A stretch of 64,000 bases of DNA from Candidatus Latescibacterota bacterium (GTDB lineage Bacteria > Latescibacterota > UBA2968 > UBA8231): positions 6,528,001 through 6,592,000 of the forward strand of contig OZ242214.1 in assembly GCA_965206595.1 (NCBI GenBank). Direction: 5' to 3'. The notes beneath the pieces are model-generated. The model ran no database searches and was not told the origin of the DNA. It was given only the letters and a program-made list of their open reading frames with translations. This document shows, in pieces, positions 39,575 to 48,879 of the stretch (position 1 is the stretch's first letter; each line of letters begins with the position of its first letter). The translations under genes were made by a program, and so were the position numbers.

Positions 39575-40882
39575 ATGTCCGTCCGACAACTGGCGTCCCC
39601 CGAAGAGCTCGCCGATTGGGTAAGAGACGCCAGGGAGCGCACCTTCGAGCTCGTCGCCGATCTCAGCGACGGGCAGCTGATGGGCCCGGAGCTCTCCACC
39701 GTCAACCCCGGCCTCTGGGAGATGGGGCACCACGCCTGGTTTCAGTCGCTGTGGGCGCTCCGGCACGCCTGCGGCGAGCGCCCCGTCCGCGAGGACGAGG
39801 ACGCCCTCTACGACTCGATGGAAATCGCCCACGACACGCGCTGGGGTCTGCCGCTGCCCTCGCGCGAAGAGACCCTCGAGTACATGCGCGAGGTCCGCGA
39901 CCGCCTGTTGCGGCACCTCGCAGGCGACCCTTCGGAAGAACTGCTGTACCACGCCCTCTACAGCACCCTGCACGAGGACATGCACACCGAGGCCTTCACG
40001 TACACCCGCCAGACCCACGGCTACCCGCGGCCAGGGCTGACCGGCTTCGACGGGACCGGGACCCCGGGGGGCGGCCCCCTGCCGGGGGACGTCGAGATCC
40101 CTGGGGGCTCCTTCATGCTCGGGTCGACGCCGGAGGAGCCGTTCGTGTTCGACAACGAGAAGTGGGTGTTCGCGGTGGAGCTCGAGGCCTTCCGCATCGC
40201 CCGCGCCTGCGTCACCCAGGCGGAGTACGCCGCCTTCGTCGACGACGGCGGCTACGGAAGGCGGGAGCACTGGTGCGGCGAAGGCTGGGAGTGGCTGCAG
40301 CAAAGCAACGCCGCCGGCCACCGCTACTTTCGCCGGGCAGGCCGCGGATGGGAGCGCCGGCACTTCGATTCCTGGGTAGCGCTCGAGCCGGACAAGGCCG
40401 TCATCCACGTCAACTGGTTCGAAGCGGACGCGTACTGCCGCTGGGCCGGCAGGCGCCTGCCGGCCGAAGCGGAGTGGGAGGCCGCGGCCACTACAGAGCC
40501 CGGACCGCGCGGTCTCGGTAACGGCGCGGCCAAGCGCCGCTATCCCTGGGGCGACCGCCCGCCGGCGCCCGACCTGGCCAACCTAGACTGGCGCGGCATG
40601 GGGACCGTCGACGTCGGCGCCTACCCAGCCGGCGACAGCGCCCACGGCTGCCGCCAGATGATCGGCAACGTCTGGGAATGGACGAGCTCCGATTTCCAGC
40701 CCTTCCCCGGATTCACTCCGGATCCGTACAAGGATTACTCCGAGCCCTGGTTCGGCACCCGCAAGGTGATGCGCGGCGGCGGCTGGGCGACGCGCTCGCG
40801 GCTGATCCGCAGCAACTACCGCAACTTCCAGACCCCGGACCGCGGCGACGTCCTCACCGGGTTCCGCACGTGCGCCCTGTGA
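39575..40882 (+). CDS. senA: Selenoneine synthase SenA (EgtB-like DinB_2 + FGE-fold)
   Basis: WEMGHHAWFQ and HEDMHTE metal-binding His residues, LYDS, FVFDNEK, HVNWFEA, RLPAEAEWE, GNVWEW, YKDYSEPWF and GFRTC. Adjacent to senB and selD. Confidence 0.88.
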   Translation: MSVRQLASPEELADWVRDARERTFELVADLSDGQLMGPELSTVNPGLWEMGHHAWFQSLWALRHACGERPVREDEDALYDSMEIAHDTRWGLPLPSREETLEYMREVRDRLLRHLAGDPSEELLYHALYSTLHEDMHTEAFTYTRQTHGYPRPGLTGFDGTGTPGGGPLPGDVEIPGGSFMLGSTPEEPFVFDNEKWVFAVELEAFRIARACVTQAEYAAFVDDGGYGRREHWCGEGWEWLQQSNAAGHRYFRRAGRGWERRHFDSWVALEPDKAVIHVNWFEADAYCRWAGRRLPAEAEWEAAATTEPGPRGLGNGAAKRRYPWGDRPPAPDLANLDWRGMGTVDVGAYPAGDSAHGCRQMIGNVWEWTSSDFQPFPGFTPDPYKDYSEPWFGTRKVMRGGGWATRSRLIRSNYRNFQTPDRGDVLTGFRTCAL

Positions 40883-41042
40883 CCGCGGCCCTGCTGCCCG
40901 GGGGAGGCGCAACCGGGAGTCCGGGCAGCCAGAGCAGCGCGGAGCGGCTACCTGGGTTCCCCGGATTCGCCACTCCCGGGAAGAGCGGCGGCCGCAAGCG
41001 GCGGGTGGCCCCGGGATTCCCCGGGCGCCGGGAGCGAACCCC

Positions 41043-42008
41043 ATGAGGATCCTCATCGTCACCCCGGCCCCCCCCGGCTCGCGCAAGGGGAACCGGGTCA
41101 CGGCGATGCGCTGGCGGCGTATCCTGCGGGAGCTCGGACATACCGTCGCCGTGGCCGAGGAGTTCGGGCGCCAGCACTGCGACCTGCTGGTGGGGCTGCA
41201 CGCGCGGCGTTCGGCCGCGTCCCTGGCGCGCTTCGCCGCCGCCCACCCGGAACGGCCCATCGTCCTGGCGCTGACCGGCACCGACCTCTACCGCGACATC
41301 CAAACCGACCCCGAGGCGCGGAGATCCCTCGAGCTGGCCGACCGCTGCGTCGTGCTGCAGGAGCTGGGAGCCGCGGCCCTGCCCGAGCGGTTCCGGGGCC
41401 GGGCCCGCGTCATCTACCAGTCGATCGTTCCTCCGAGCCGCGAACCCTCCTCGCGGGCCCGCACCTTCAACCTCTCCGTGGTCGGCCACCTGCGCCCGGT
41501 CAAGGACCCGTTCCGCGCCGCCGAGGCCAGCCGCCTGCTGCCGCCCGGCTCGCGCATCCGGGTGCGCCATGCCGGCGCCGCGCTCAGCGACGACATGGCG
41601 GTCCGGGCGCTGCGGGAGCAGCGGGAAAACCGGCGCTACCGCTGGCTCGGGGAGCTGCCGCGCTGGCGCGCGATGCGCGAGATCGCCCGCAGCCGCGCCC
41701 TCGTGCTGACCTCGGAAATGGAGGGGGGCGCCCACGTCGTCTGCGAGGCCCTCGCCTGCGGGGTGCCGGTGCTTTCCACCCGCATCGACGGATCGGTGGG
41801 CATCCTCGGGGAGGAGTACCCCGGGTACTTCCCGGTCGGAGACACCCGCGCCCTCGCCGACCTGATGCTGCGCTGCGAAGAGGACGACTTGTTCCTGCGC
41901 CGGCTGCGCCGGCACTGCTCCGAACGGGCGGCGCTGGTCGATCCGGAGCGGGAGCGGCGCTGCTGGGAGGAGCTGCTCGCCGAGATGGCGGTTCCGCCAT
42001 CCCGCTGA
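41043..42008 (+). CDS. senB: Selenosugar synthase SenB (GT4-like)
   Basis: IVTPAPPGSRKGNRVTAMRW, LHARRS, LTGTDLY, GHLRPVKDP, SEMEGGAHV and GILGEEYPGYFPVGD motifs. Confidence 0.92.
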   Translation: MRILIVTPAPPGSRKGNRVTAMRWRRILRELGHTVAVAEEFGRQHCDLLVGLHARRSAASLARFAAAHPERPIVLALTGTDLYRDIQTDPEARRSLELADRCVVLQELGAAALPERFRGRARVIYQSIVPPSREPSSRARTFNLSVVGHLRPVKDPFRAAEASRLLPPGSRIRVRHAGAALSDDMAVRALREQRENRRYRWLGELPRWRAMREIARSRALVLTSEMEGGAHVVCEALACGVPVLSTRIDGSVGILGEEYPGYFPVGDTRALADLMLRCEEDDLFLRRLRRHCSERAALVDPERERRCWEELLAEMAVPPSR

Positions 42009-42045
42009 CCGCTCCCATATAACCCCAACCTACTGGATTGACAGC

Positions 42046-43101
42046 ATGCTGATCGTCGATTCCCACCTCGATATCGCCTACAACGCCCTGGAGTGGAACC
42101 GCGACCTGCTGCAGCCGATCGCGGCGATACGGGAGTCCGAAGCCGGGATGGCCGGCAAGGGGCGCGGCGCCAACGTCGTCTGCTTCGACGAGCTGCGCCG
42201 CGGCCAGATCGGCCTGTTCGTGGCCACCTGCCACAGCCGCCTGGCCTCGGTTGGAAAACGCTTCCCCGGGGTGCGCACCCAGGACATCGCCTACGCCAAG
42301 TGCCGCGGCGAGGTCGCCTACTACCGACTGATGGAGGCGAAGGGGGTTCTCAGGCAGATCCGCGACGCGGACGGTCTCGACGCCCACTTGCGGGAATGGG
42401 AACGGGACAGCGCCTCGTCGCCGCTCGGTTTCGTGCTCTCCATGGAGGGGGCCGACGGCATCGTCGGCGAGGAGCAGGTGGCGGAGTGGTGGGACGAGGG
42501 CCTGCGCATCGTCAGCCTCTGCCACTACGGCATCAGCGCCTACTCGCACGGCACCCAGGCCCCTGGCGGCCTGACCCCGAGGGGGGCGCCTATGCTGAGG
42601 GCCCTGCAGGAAGCCGGCATGATCCTCGACGTCAGCCACCTCGCCGAAAAGGCGTTCTGGGAGGCGCTCGAGGTTTTCGGAGGGCGCGTCATCGCCACCC
42701 ACAACTGCTGCCGCGCCCTGTGCGACCACGACCGCCAGCTCGACGACCGGCAGATATCAGCGCTGGTCGAGCGCGGCGGCGTCATCGGCACCGCCTTCGA
42801 CGACTGGATGCTGTCCCCCTGCTGGGACAGGGAGGTGGTCGACAACACCGGCATCACCCTGGACACGGTGGTCGACCACATCGACCACGTCTGCCAGGTG
42901 GCGGGCAATGCCGGCCACGCCGCCATCGGCACCGACCTCGACGGCGGCTACGGCAAGGAGCAGAGCCCGGCCGACATCGACACCATAGCCGATCTGCAGC
43001 GCATCCCCGCCCTGCTCGAAAAGCGGGGTTACAGCGCCGGCGACACCGCCGCAATCATGCACGGCAACTGGATCCGCCTGCTGAGGGAGGCCTGGGGTTA
43101 G
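42046..43101 (+). CDS. Membrane dipeptidase family (peptidase M19)
   Basis: DSHLD, SMEGAD, DVSHL, ATH, GGVIG, HIDH, IGTDLDG and GNWIR motifs. Confidence 0.9.
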   Translation: MLIVDSHLDIAYNALEWNRDLLQPIAAIRESEAGMAGKGRGANVVCFDELRRGQIGLFVATCHSRLASVGKRFPGVRTQDIAYAKCRGEVAYYRLMEAKGVLRQIRDADGLDAHLREWERDSASSPLGFVLSMEGADGIVGEEQVAEWWDEGLRIVSLCHYGISAYSHGTQAPGGLTPRGAPMLRALQEAGMILDVSHLAEKAFWEALEVFGGRVIATHNCCRALCDHDRQLDDRQISALVERGGVIGTAFDDWMLSPCWDREVVDNTGITLDTVVDHIDHVCQVAGNAGHAAIGTDLDGGYGKEQSPADIDTIADLQRIPALLEKRGYSAGDTAAIMHGNWIRLLREAWG

Positions 43102-43349
43102 CAGGTTTGGCGGGACTGGAGTGATCGCCTCGCCTGCAAGATCTTGCTGCACTCAAGCTTTGCCGCCGCAAGCTTTGGCGCGCTGCAAACTGTTTTTGCG
43201 CCTGGATATTCTGGCGGAAAGGACGGGAAGAGCGCTCCTGCAATCCTTGCCTACCCCTGTGCTAGCTTTACCTTGGGAGACACAAAATGGGCAGTGAAGC
43301 GTAACGGCTCGGCCCGGTGATTTCGTGACCAGGAGCGACAGGATCTGAG

Positions 43350-44549
43350 ATGCAACAAGTGCTCGAGACTCTAACCGTCAGGACATTCAAATCCCTGGAG
43401 GACATGACCGTCGAATTGGGATTGGTCAATGTCTTCATTGGCGCCAACGGAAGCGGAAAGAGCAACTTGCTCGAGGCCTTGGGGGTACTCTCTGCGGCCT
43501 CGGATGGCAAGGTCGATGATCAAAGCTTGTTGGCCCGTGGTGTTCGTCCCGGCCTTCCCGCGCTTTTCAAGTCCGCCTTCCCCGGTAGAGACGGAAAGAA
43601 AATCCCACCACATCTGTATTTCGGGGCCCGCAGCGGGGGAGCGAAATACGAAGTTTCCCTGCACAATCCGCTTAATGATCCGGCGCCGGCCTGGAAATTC
43701 AAGACAGAGCGGTGGGAAGGTGACAACATCACATATGTTGGTCGTTCACCCGCACAAGGCAAAAAAACCAATCCCGAACGGGGGCTAGCTGCACTGAAGG
43801 CCGTGGAAGTCGACAGCGGTGCAGCTCTGGATCTCTTAAAGTTGCTGCAGGGCTACGTCATTTTTTCCCCGACAACACCTGTATTGCGCGGCGTTGCACC
43901 GGAAACGCAACCAAGACAGCCCGTTGGCTTGTCTGGCGGGAACCTGCCGCAAGCAATAAAGGAGCTACTTAAACAACGTGGAGAGGATCAAAACAGTAAA
44001 CAGATTTGCAGGGATGCCCTGAGACTTGTCGATTGGGCGGTGAGCTATGGGTATACATCTTCTTCTGAATTAGCTCTCTCTCCTGCTGCAGCTGCATCGG
44101 ATTCCGTGATTCGTTTTCGCGACAAATTCATGCGAGATGGGCGAAATGGACTTTCGGGCTATGACGCTTCCGAAGGGGCCTTGTACGTTCTGTTTCTCGC
44201 GGTGATTTCCGGTCACCCGAAAAGTCCTCGATTATGTGCCGTAGACAATGCGGATCACGGATTGAACCCCAGGTTGGCCCGGTCCTTGATGGAGCACCTG
44301 TGCCGGTGGTACCTGGAAGCAGAAGAGCCACGACAGATCCTGCTGACGACGCACAATCCACTGGTTCTGGATGGGCTTCCATTACAGGATGACCGCGTGC
44401 GTCTGTTCGCCGTGTCCCGAACCAACTCGGGCCGCACTTCCGTCAGGCGCGTGGTCGTCGATGAGAGCATGAGGGAAAAAGCGGAGCAGGGCTGGACCTT
44501 GTCTCGACTGTGGGTGATGGGTCACCTGGGGGGTGTCCCGGATGTCTGA
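43350..44549 (+). CDS. ABC-type (AAA_15/AAA_21) ATPase
   Basis: FKSL, VFIGANGSGKSNLLEAL, SEG signature, variant Walker B AVDNADHGLNP, and TTHNP. Lower GC. Confidence 0.85.
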   Translation: MQQVLETLTVRTFKSLEDMTVELGLVNVFIGANGSGKSNLLEALGVLSAASDGKVDDQSLLARGVRPGLPALFKSAFPGRDGKKIPPHLYFGARSGGAKYEVSLHNPLNDPAPAWKFKTERWEGDNITYVGRSPAQGKKTNPERGLAALKAVEVDSGAALDLLKLLQGYVIFSPTTPVLRGVAPETQPRQPVGLSGGNLPQAIKELLKQRGEDQNSKQICRDALRLVDWAVSYGYTSSSELALSPAAAASDSVIRFRDKFMRDGRNGLSGYDASEGALYVLFLAVISGHPKSPRLCAVDNADHGLNPRLARSLMEHLCRWYLEAEEPRQILLTTHNPLVLDGLPLQDDRVRLFAVSRTNSGRTSVRRVVVDESMREKAEQGWTLSRLWVMGHLGGVPDV

Positions 44550-45252
44550 ACCGCTGCGTATCGCCGTTGCCGTCGAAGGACCTACTGACGCAATCGTGCT
44601 GAGGGCGATCCTGGACGCCTTGTTGCCGAGAACCGAATTCATTTTCCAGACCTTGCAGCCGGAAGAATCCAGCGCCTTTGATACGGGGACATCAGGAAAA
44701 ACAGGTGTTGGGTGGGTCGGAGTCTATCGCTGGTGCCGTCAATCCGCTTCGGAAGGAGGAGGTTCCGTGTCCGGTTCTTCGGTCCTTCTTTTTCATGACC
44801 TGTTGATCATCCAGGTAGACGCGGACGTTGCAGGAACAAATTATTGCAGTGGAAGTATTCGAGACGCACCGCGCAATGATTTGCCTTGTGAAAAACCCTG
44901 TCCACCACCAAATAGAACTACGGATGCCTTGCGACCGGTTGTGCTCAACTGGCTCGGCGAATTTAAGTGTCCTCCGAAGGTGGTATTATGCACCCCTTCC
45001 AAGAATATCGAGGCTTGGGTGGTTGCTGCCGTCTGGCCCAACAATTCCCTGGTCCAACGCAACGACTGGGAATGCCGCCCCAATCCGGAAGCTCAACTAG
45101 GGAATCTTCCCAAGGCAAAGCAGTTTGGGAAACGCCCGGACGACTATGAAGCCAAGCGGGAGGAGATGAGGAAGGCGTGGCCGTGCGTGGCCTCACGCCT
45201 GACTGAGGCGGCGCGATTTGAAAGGGAATTCCTGGCGGCTATTCCCACTTGA
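44542..45252 (+). CDS. Hypothetical TOPRIM-like partner protein (DUF4276-like)
   Basis: Overlaps the ATPase stop. VEGPTD, VDAD and IEAW motifs. Confidence 0.6.
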   Translation: MSEPLRIAVAVEGPTDAIVLRAILDALLPRTEFIFQTLQPEESSAFDTGTSGKTGVGWVGVYRWCRQSASEGGGSVSGSSVLLFHDLLIIQVDADVAGTNYCSGSIRDAPRNDLPCEKPCPPPNRTTDALRPVVLNWLGEFKCPPKVVLCTPSKNIEAWVVAAVWPNNSLVQRNDWECRPNPEAQLGNLPKAKQFGKRPDDYEAKREEMRKAWPCVASRLTEAARFEREFLAAIPT

Positions 45253-45275
45253 TCCGCAATTGAGGAAGGACCGCC

Positions 45276-45992
45276 ATGAGAAAAGTACTGTCGGGCCTTT
45301 TGGCCGGGGTGTTGCTGGTTTCCTGCTCTGACAACAGCAGCCCGGTCAAAAGCCAAAACCCACCGGCGGCAAAGCGAATCAGCAGCCCCATTACCTGGAG
45401 CCAGCCGGTAGCGAGCGTCGACAACCTGGCCGAACAGCGCACCGCGGGAAAAGCCGAACAGGCGCCGGAACCCGAAGCGCCACAGGAGGAGTTCGTTGTT
45501 TCCGGAACTATCCGGAACGAAACCGGAGCCGACTTGACCGGGACGAAAGTCGTTGCCTGGTGGGGTGTGGTGACGGGCGAGGACTACAACTATTTCTTCG
45601 GTGAAGGAACCGTCGACGTCCAGGACCTGACCTTCGAGTTGGTCTTCTCCGAAGCCCCGCCCGTCGAGGCCCTGAACCGCGACCTTGGGGTCGCCTATAT
45701 CCTGATAGCCAGATCTTCCGCTACCGGGATGGAGGAACCAGGAATCCTTCCCGAAGACTACGACTACTTCGAGAACATCCTGGGAGGGGCGACCCGGCAC
45801 TGCGTGATCTTCTCCACCGGGGAGAATGTCAATGGCATCCAATGGGTTGAGGAGTTCGAACCAGGATACGGCGTGGGGGAAGGGGTGAAGATTCCGGACT
45901 ACCACTTCGAGGGGCTCGAACCGGTGGACCCCTCCTCCGTAGAAATCGTTGTCGACGACCTGGAAAACCTGGTTTTCGTGAACTGGACCTGA
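45276..45992 (+). CDS. Hypothetical acidic lipoprotein
   Basis: MRKVLSGLLAGVLLVS-C lipobox. RBS gaggaagga upstream. Confidence 0.65.
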   Translation: MRKVLSGLLAGVLLVSCSDNSSPVKSQNPPAAKRISSPITWSQPVASVDNLAEQRTAGKAEQAPEPEAPQEEFVVSGTIRNETGADLTGTKVVAWWGVVTGEDYNYFFGEGTVDVQDLTFELVFSEAPPVEALNRDLGVAYILIARSSATGMEEPGILPEDYDYFENILGGATRHCVIFSTGENVNGIQWVEEFEPGYGVGEGVKIPDYHFEGLEPVDPSSVEIVVDDLENLVFVNWT

Positions 45993-46247
45993 TCCCCGGT
46001 CTTCATTGGGGATGGCGGGTCCCGCCACCTGAATTGGGCCGGACAAGAGTGTCGCCGGGGGGTAGCGGCTGGCCATTCGTGGGGGCGTCTTCGGACAACG
46101 AACCCTTCCCTGCCTGTGGTTCCATTTTCTGCAGTTGCCGGGCAGCATGGGCGGAGTTACTCTTGCCCCTCGCAGCCGGCCTCCCGCCGCCTGAAGCTCC
46201 CCCAGCTATGTCTCCCCCGCCAGCACCTCCGTGAGCCCGACTAACCG

Positions 46248-46679
46248 ATGAGCTGCGAAACTACCCCCCATCCTGCCCGCTGTTCCTGGATCTGCCACCC
46301 TCTCTTCGAAGAGCCTTGGCCGAAATCCGCGGCTTTGGTGGCGGCGATTTTCGCCTTCTCCGCCCTCGCCGCGGTCGCTTTCGAGGGGCTCCTGTACGGC
46401 GCCATCGCCCTCGCCGTTCTCAGCGGGTCGATGTCGCGGTTCCTCCTGCCGACCCGCTACGAGATCGGCGCCGCCGGAATCACCGTGAGCCACCTGTTCC
46501 GGCGGCGGCTGCGAGCCTGGAAGGAGATACGCCGCGTCGAGGTCCGCGATGACGGGCTTTTCCTCAGCCCGTTCGCCCGTCCCAGCCGGCTGGACAGCTA
46601 CCGCGGTTTATTTCTGCCGGCCGCCGGGGTCGGGGTGGAAAAGCTCGAGGAACTGGTCGGACGGCATGTCCCGGGTTGA
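46248..46679 (+). CDS. Small membrane protein with two TM helices and a possible PH-like domain
   Basis: Two TM helices, then FLLPTRY..., LSPF..PSRLDSYRG. First gene of the GlmL-like operon. Confidence 0.65.
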   Translation: MSCETTPHPARCSWICHPLFEEPWPKSAALVAAIFAFSALAAVAFEGLLYGAIALAVLSGSMSRFLLPTRYEIGAAGITVSHLFRRRLRAWKEIRRVEVRDDGLFLSPFARPSRLDSYRGLFLPAAGVGVEKLEELVGRHVPG

Positions 46680-47028
46680 GCGGCTGCGGGCCTGGTGGTC
46701 GCACGCCTTCGCCGTCGAAGAAGCTGCCGACCGCGACATCGACAAGCCGGAGCGGGAGCTGATCGAACGGGTCGCCGACTTTCTCGGGGGCCGCGGACTG
46801 ACGGCACCTGCCGTCATGCTGCTCGAAGTGGGGCGACCGCTCAACTTCGTCGGCAGCCAGCTGCTCCTCTTCCTGAGTCCCTTCATCTCGCTGATCTTCA
46901 ACCCCGACGAGCTGAAACGTTTCACCCGGCTGCTCGCCAAGCGCCGCTCCATCGACGCCCTTGTCGAAGCCATCTCGAGCCGAGGCGGCCGGGGCTGGAA
47001 GCGGGACTCGGACGCGGACCGGCAGTAG
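46666..47028 (+). CDS. Conserved hypothetical protein
   Basis: ATG at 46666 overlaps the upstream stop. GLTAPAVMLLE..RPLNFVGSQ...FLSPF. Confidence 0.65.
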   Translation: MSRVERLRAWWSHAFAVEEAADRDIDKPERELIERVADFLGGRGLTAPAVMLLEVGRPLNFVGSQLLLFLSPFISLIFNPDELKRFTRLLAKRRSIDALVEAISSRGGRGWKRDSDADRQ

Positions 47029-47046
47029 GGCAGGATCGAACCTGTA

Positions 47047-48879
47047 ATGGACGTCTTCATCGCCACCGACTGCGGCAGCACCACGACCAAGGCGATCCTC
47101 ATCGAGCGCCAGGCGGACGGAATCTGCCGGCAGACCTTCCGGGGCGAGGCCCCGACCACGGTCGAGGCCCCCTTCGAGGACGTCACGCGCGGCGTGCTCA
47201 ACGCCATATCCGAGGTGGAGGAGCTGTCGGGGCGGACGATCCTCGACGGGGAGCGGATCATCACCCCGGCCGCGGGCGACCGCGGCGTCGACATCTACAT
47301 CTCGACGAGCAGCGCCGGCGGCGGCCTGCAGATGATGGTCGCGGGGGTGGTCGCCTCGATGACGGGGGAAAGCGCGCAGCGCTGCGCTCTCGGAGCCGGG
47401 GCCATCGTCATGGACGTCCTCGCCGCCAACGACCGCCGGCTCCCCCATGAGAAGATCGAACGCATCCGCCGGCTGCGGCCGGACATGTTCCTGCTTTCCG
47501 GCGGCACCGACGGCGGCACCGTCTCCCACGTCGTCGAGCTCGCCGAGTTCATCGCCGCGGCCGACCCCAGACCGAGGTTCGGCAGCGGCTTCCGGCTCCC
47601 TCTCATCTACGCGGGGAATCGCGACGCCCGCCCAGAGATCGAAAAGGTGCTTGCGGAGAGAACCTCCCTGACCGTCACCGAGAACCTGCGGCCGGTGCTC
47701 GAGAGGGAGAACCTCGGACCCGCCCGGCATGTGATCCACGACCTCTTTCTCGAGCACGTGATGGCGCAGGCCCCGGGGTACCGCAAGCTGATGTCCTGGA
47801 CCGGTGCGCCGATCGTGCCGACCCCGGCCGCGGTGGGCCGAATCATCCAGACCATCGCCCGCCTCCGGGACATCGACGTCATCGGCGTCGACATAGGCGG
47901 CGCCACCACCGATGTCTTCAGCGTCTTCCGCCCCTCCGACGACGCCGGCACGGACCGGGAAGAGCCGGTCTTCAACCGCTCGGTCAGCGCCAACCTCGGC
48001 ATGTCGTACAGCATCTCCAACGTCCTCAACGAGGCCGGCCTGGAGAACGCCATGCGCTGGATACCTTTCGACATCGACGAGACCGACCTGCGCGACCGCA
48101 TCAAGAACAAGATGATCCGGCCGACCACCATACCGCAGCAGCTCGAGGAGCTGCAGCTCGAGCACGCCCTGGCGCGCGAGGCCCTGCGACTCGCCTTGGT
48201 CCAGCACCGCGCCCTCGCCGTCGGTCTCAAGGGGGTGCAGTCGGAACGCACCCTGTCCGACGTCTTCGAGCAGTCGGCGACCGGGGAATCCCTGATCGAC
48301 ATGGCGGCCCTCGACCTTCTCGTCGGCAGCGGCGGGGTGCTCTCCCACGCCCCGCGCCGGGTGCAGGCCGCGGCGATGCTGATCGACGCTTTCCAGCCTG
48401 CGGGGATCACCCGCCTCGCCGTCGACAGCATATTCATGATGCCCCACCTCGGGGCCCTGGCGGCGCTGGACGAACAGGCCGCCTCCGACGTCTTCGAGCG
48501 CGACTGCCTGATCGATCTCGGCACCTGCGCGGCACCAGCAGGCAGCGGCAGGCAGGGGGAGGCCTGCTGCGAGTTCAGCCTCACCGGCGCCGCGTCCGGG
48601 GAGGTGTCCGGCCAACTGCGGATGGGTGAACTGGTGCGGATCGAGTTCGCGGACGGCGAGGAGGCCGAGCTATCCCTCGAGCCTGCCCGGGGCTGGGACG
48701 CCGGGGCGGGCAGCGGGCGGGCGGTGCATGCGCGGGTGCGCGGAGGCGCTGCCGGCCTAGTGCTCGACGGGCGCGGGCGGCCGATCCAGTTCGCCGCGTC
48801 GGCCGCGGAGCGCCGCGAACAGGTGAAGGCCTGGAGCGAGGCCCTCGGATCCTACCCCGAGGGCGGAGAGCCGGGCTGA
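47047..48879 (+). CDS. GlmL-like (glutamate mutase L family) actin-fold ATPase
   Basis: DCGSTTTKA (phosphate 1), SSAGGGL, GGTDGG, PTP, VDIGGATTDVFS (phosphate 2) and GSGGVL. Confidence 0.85.
   Translation: MDVFIATDCGSTTTKAILIERQADGICRQTFRGEAPTTVEAPFEDVTRGVLNAISEVEELSGRTILDGERIITPAAGDRGVDIYISTSSAGGGLQMMVAGVVASMTGESAQRCALGAGAIVMDVLAANDRRLPHEKIERIRRLRPDMFLLSGGTDGGTVSHVVELAEFIAAADPRPRFGSGFRLPLIYAGNRDARPEIEKVLAERTSLTVTENLRPVLERENLGPARHVIHDLFLEHVMAQAPGYRKLMSWTGAPIVPTPAAVGRIIQTIARLRDIDVIGVDIGGATTDVFSVFRPSDDAGTDREEPVFNRSVSANLGMSYSISNVLNEAGLENAMRWIPFDIDETDLRDRIKNKMIRPTTIPQQLEELQLEHALAREALRLALVQHRALAVGLKGVQSERTLSDVFEQSATGESLIDMAALDLLVGSGGVLSHAPRRVQAAAMLIDAFQPAGITRLAVDSIFMMPHLGALAALDEQAASDVFERDCLIDLGTCAAPAGSGRQGEACCEFSLTGAASGEVSGQLRMGELVRIEFADGEEAELSLEPARGWDAGAGSGRAVHARVRGGAAGLVLDGRGRPIQFAASAAERREQVKAWSEALGSYPEGGEPG

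Noticed and set aside
39575-40882. Formylglycine-generating enzyme for the sulfatase, or plain EgtB
   Set aside because: It has an N-terminal DinB-like His motif with HEDMH rather than EgtB's HEQQH, lacks the FGE catalytic Cys pair, and is adjacent to senB and selD.
47047-48879. Glutamate fermentation (methylaspartate) pathway, or DNA-repair MutL
   Set aside because: No mutase subunits are in the window, and the motifs are actin-like rather than GHKL.
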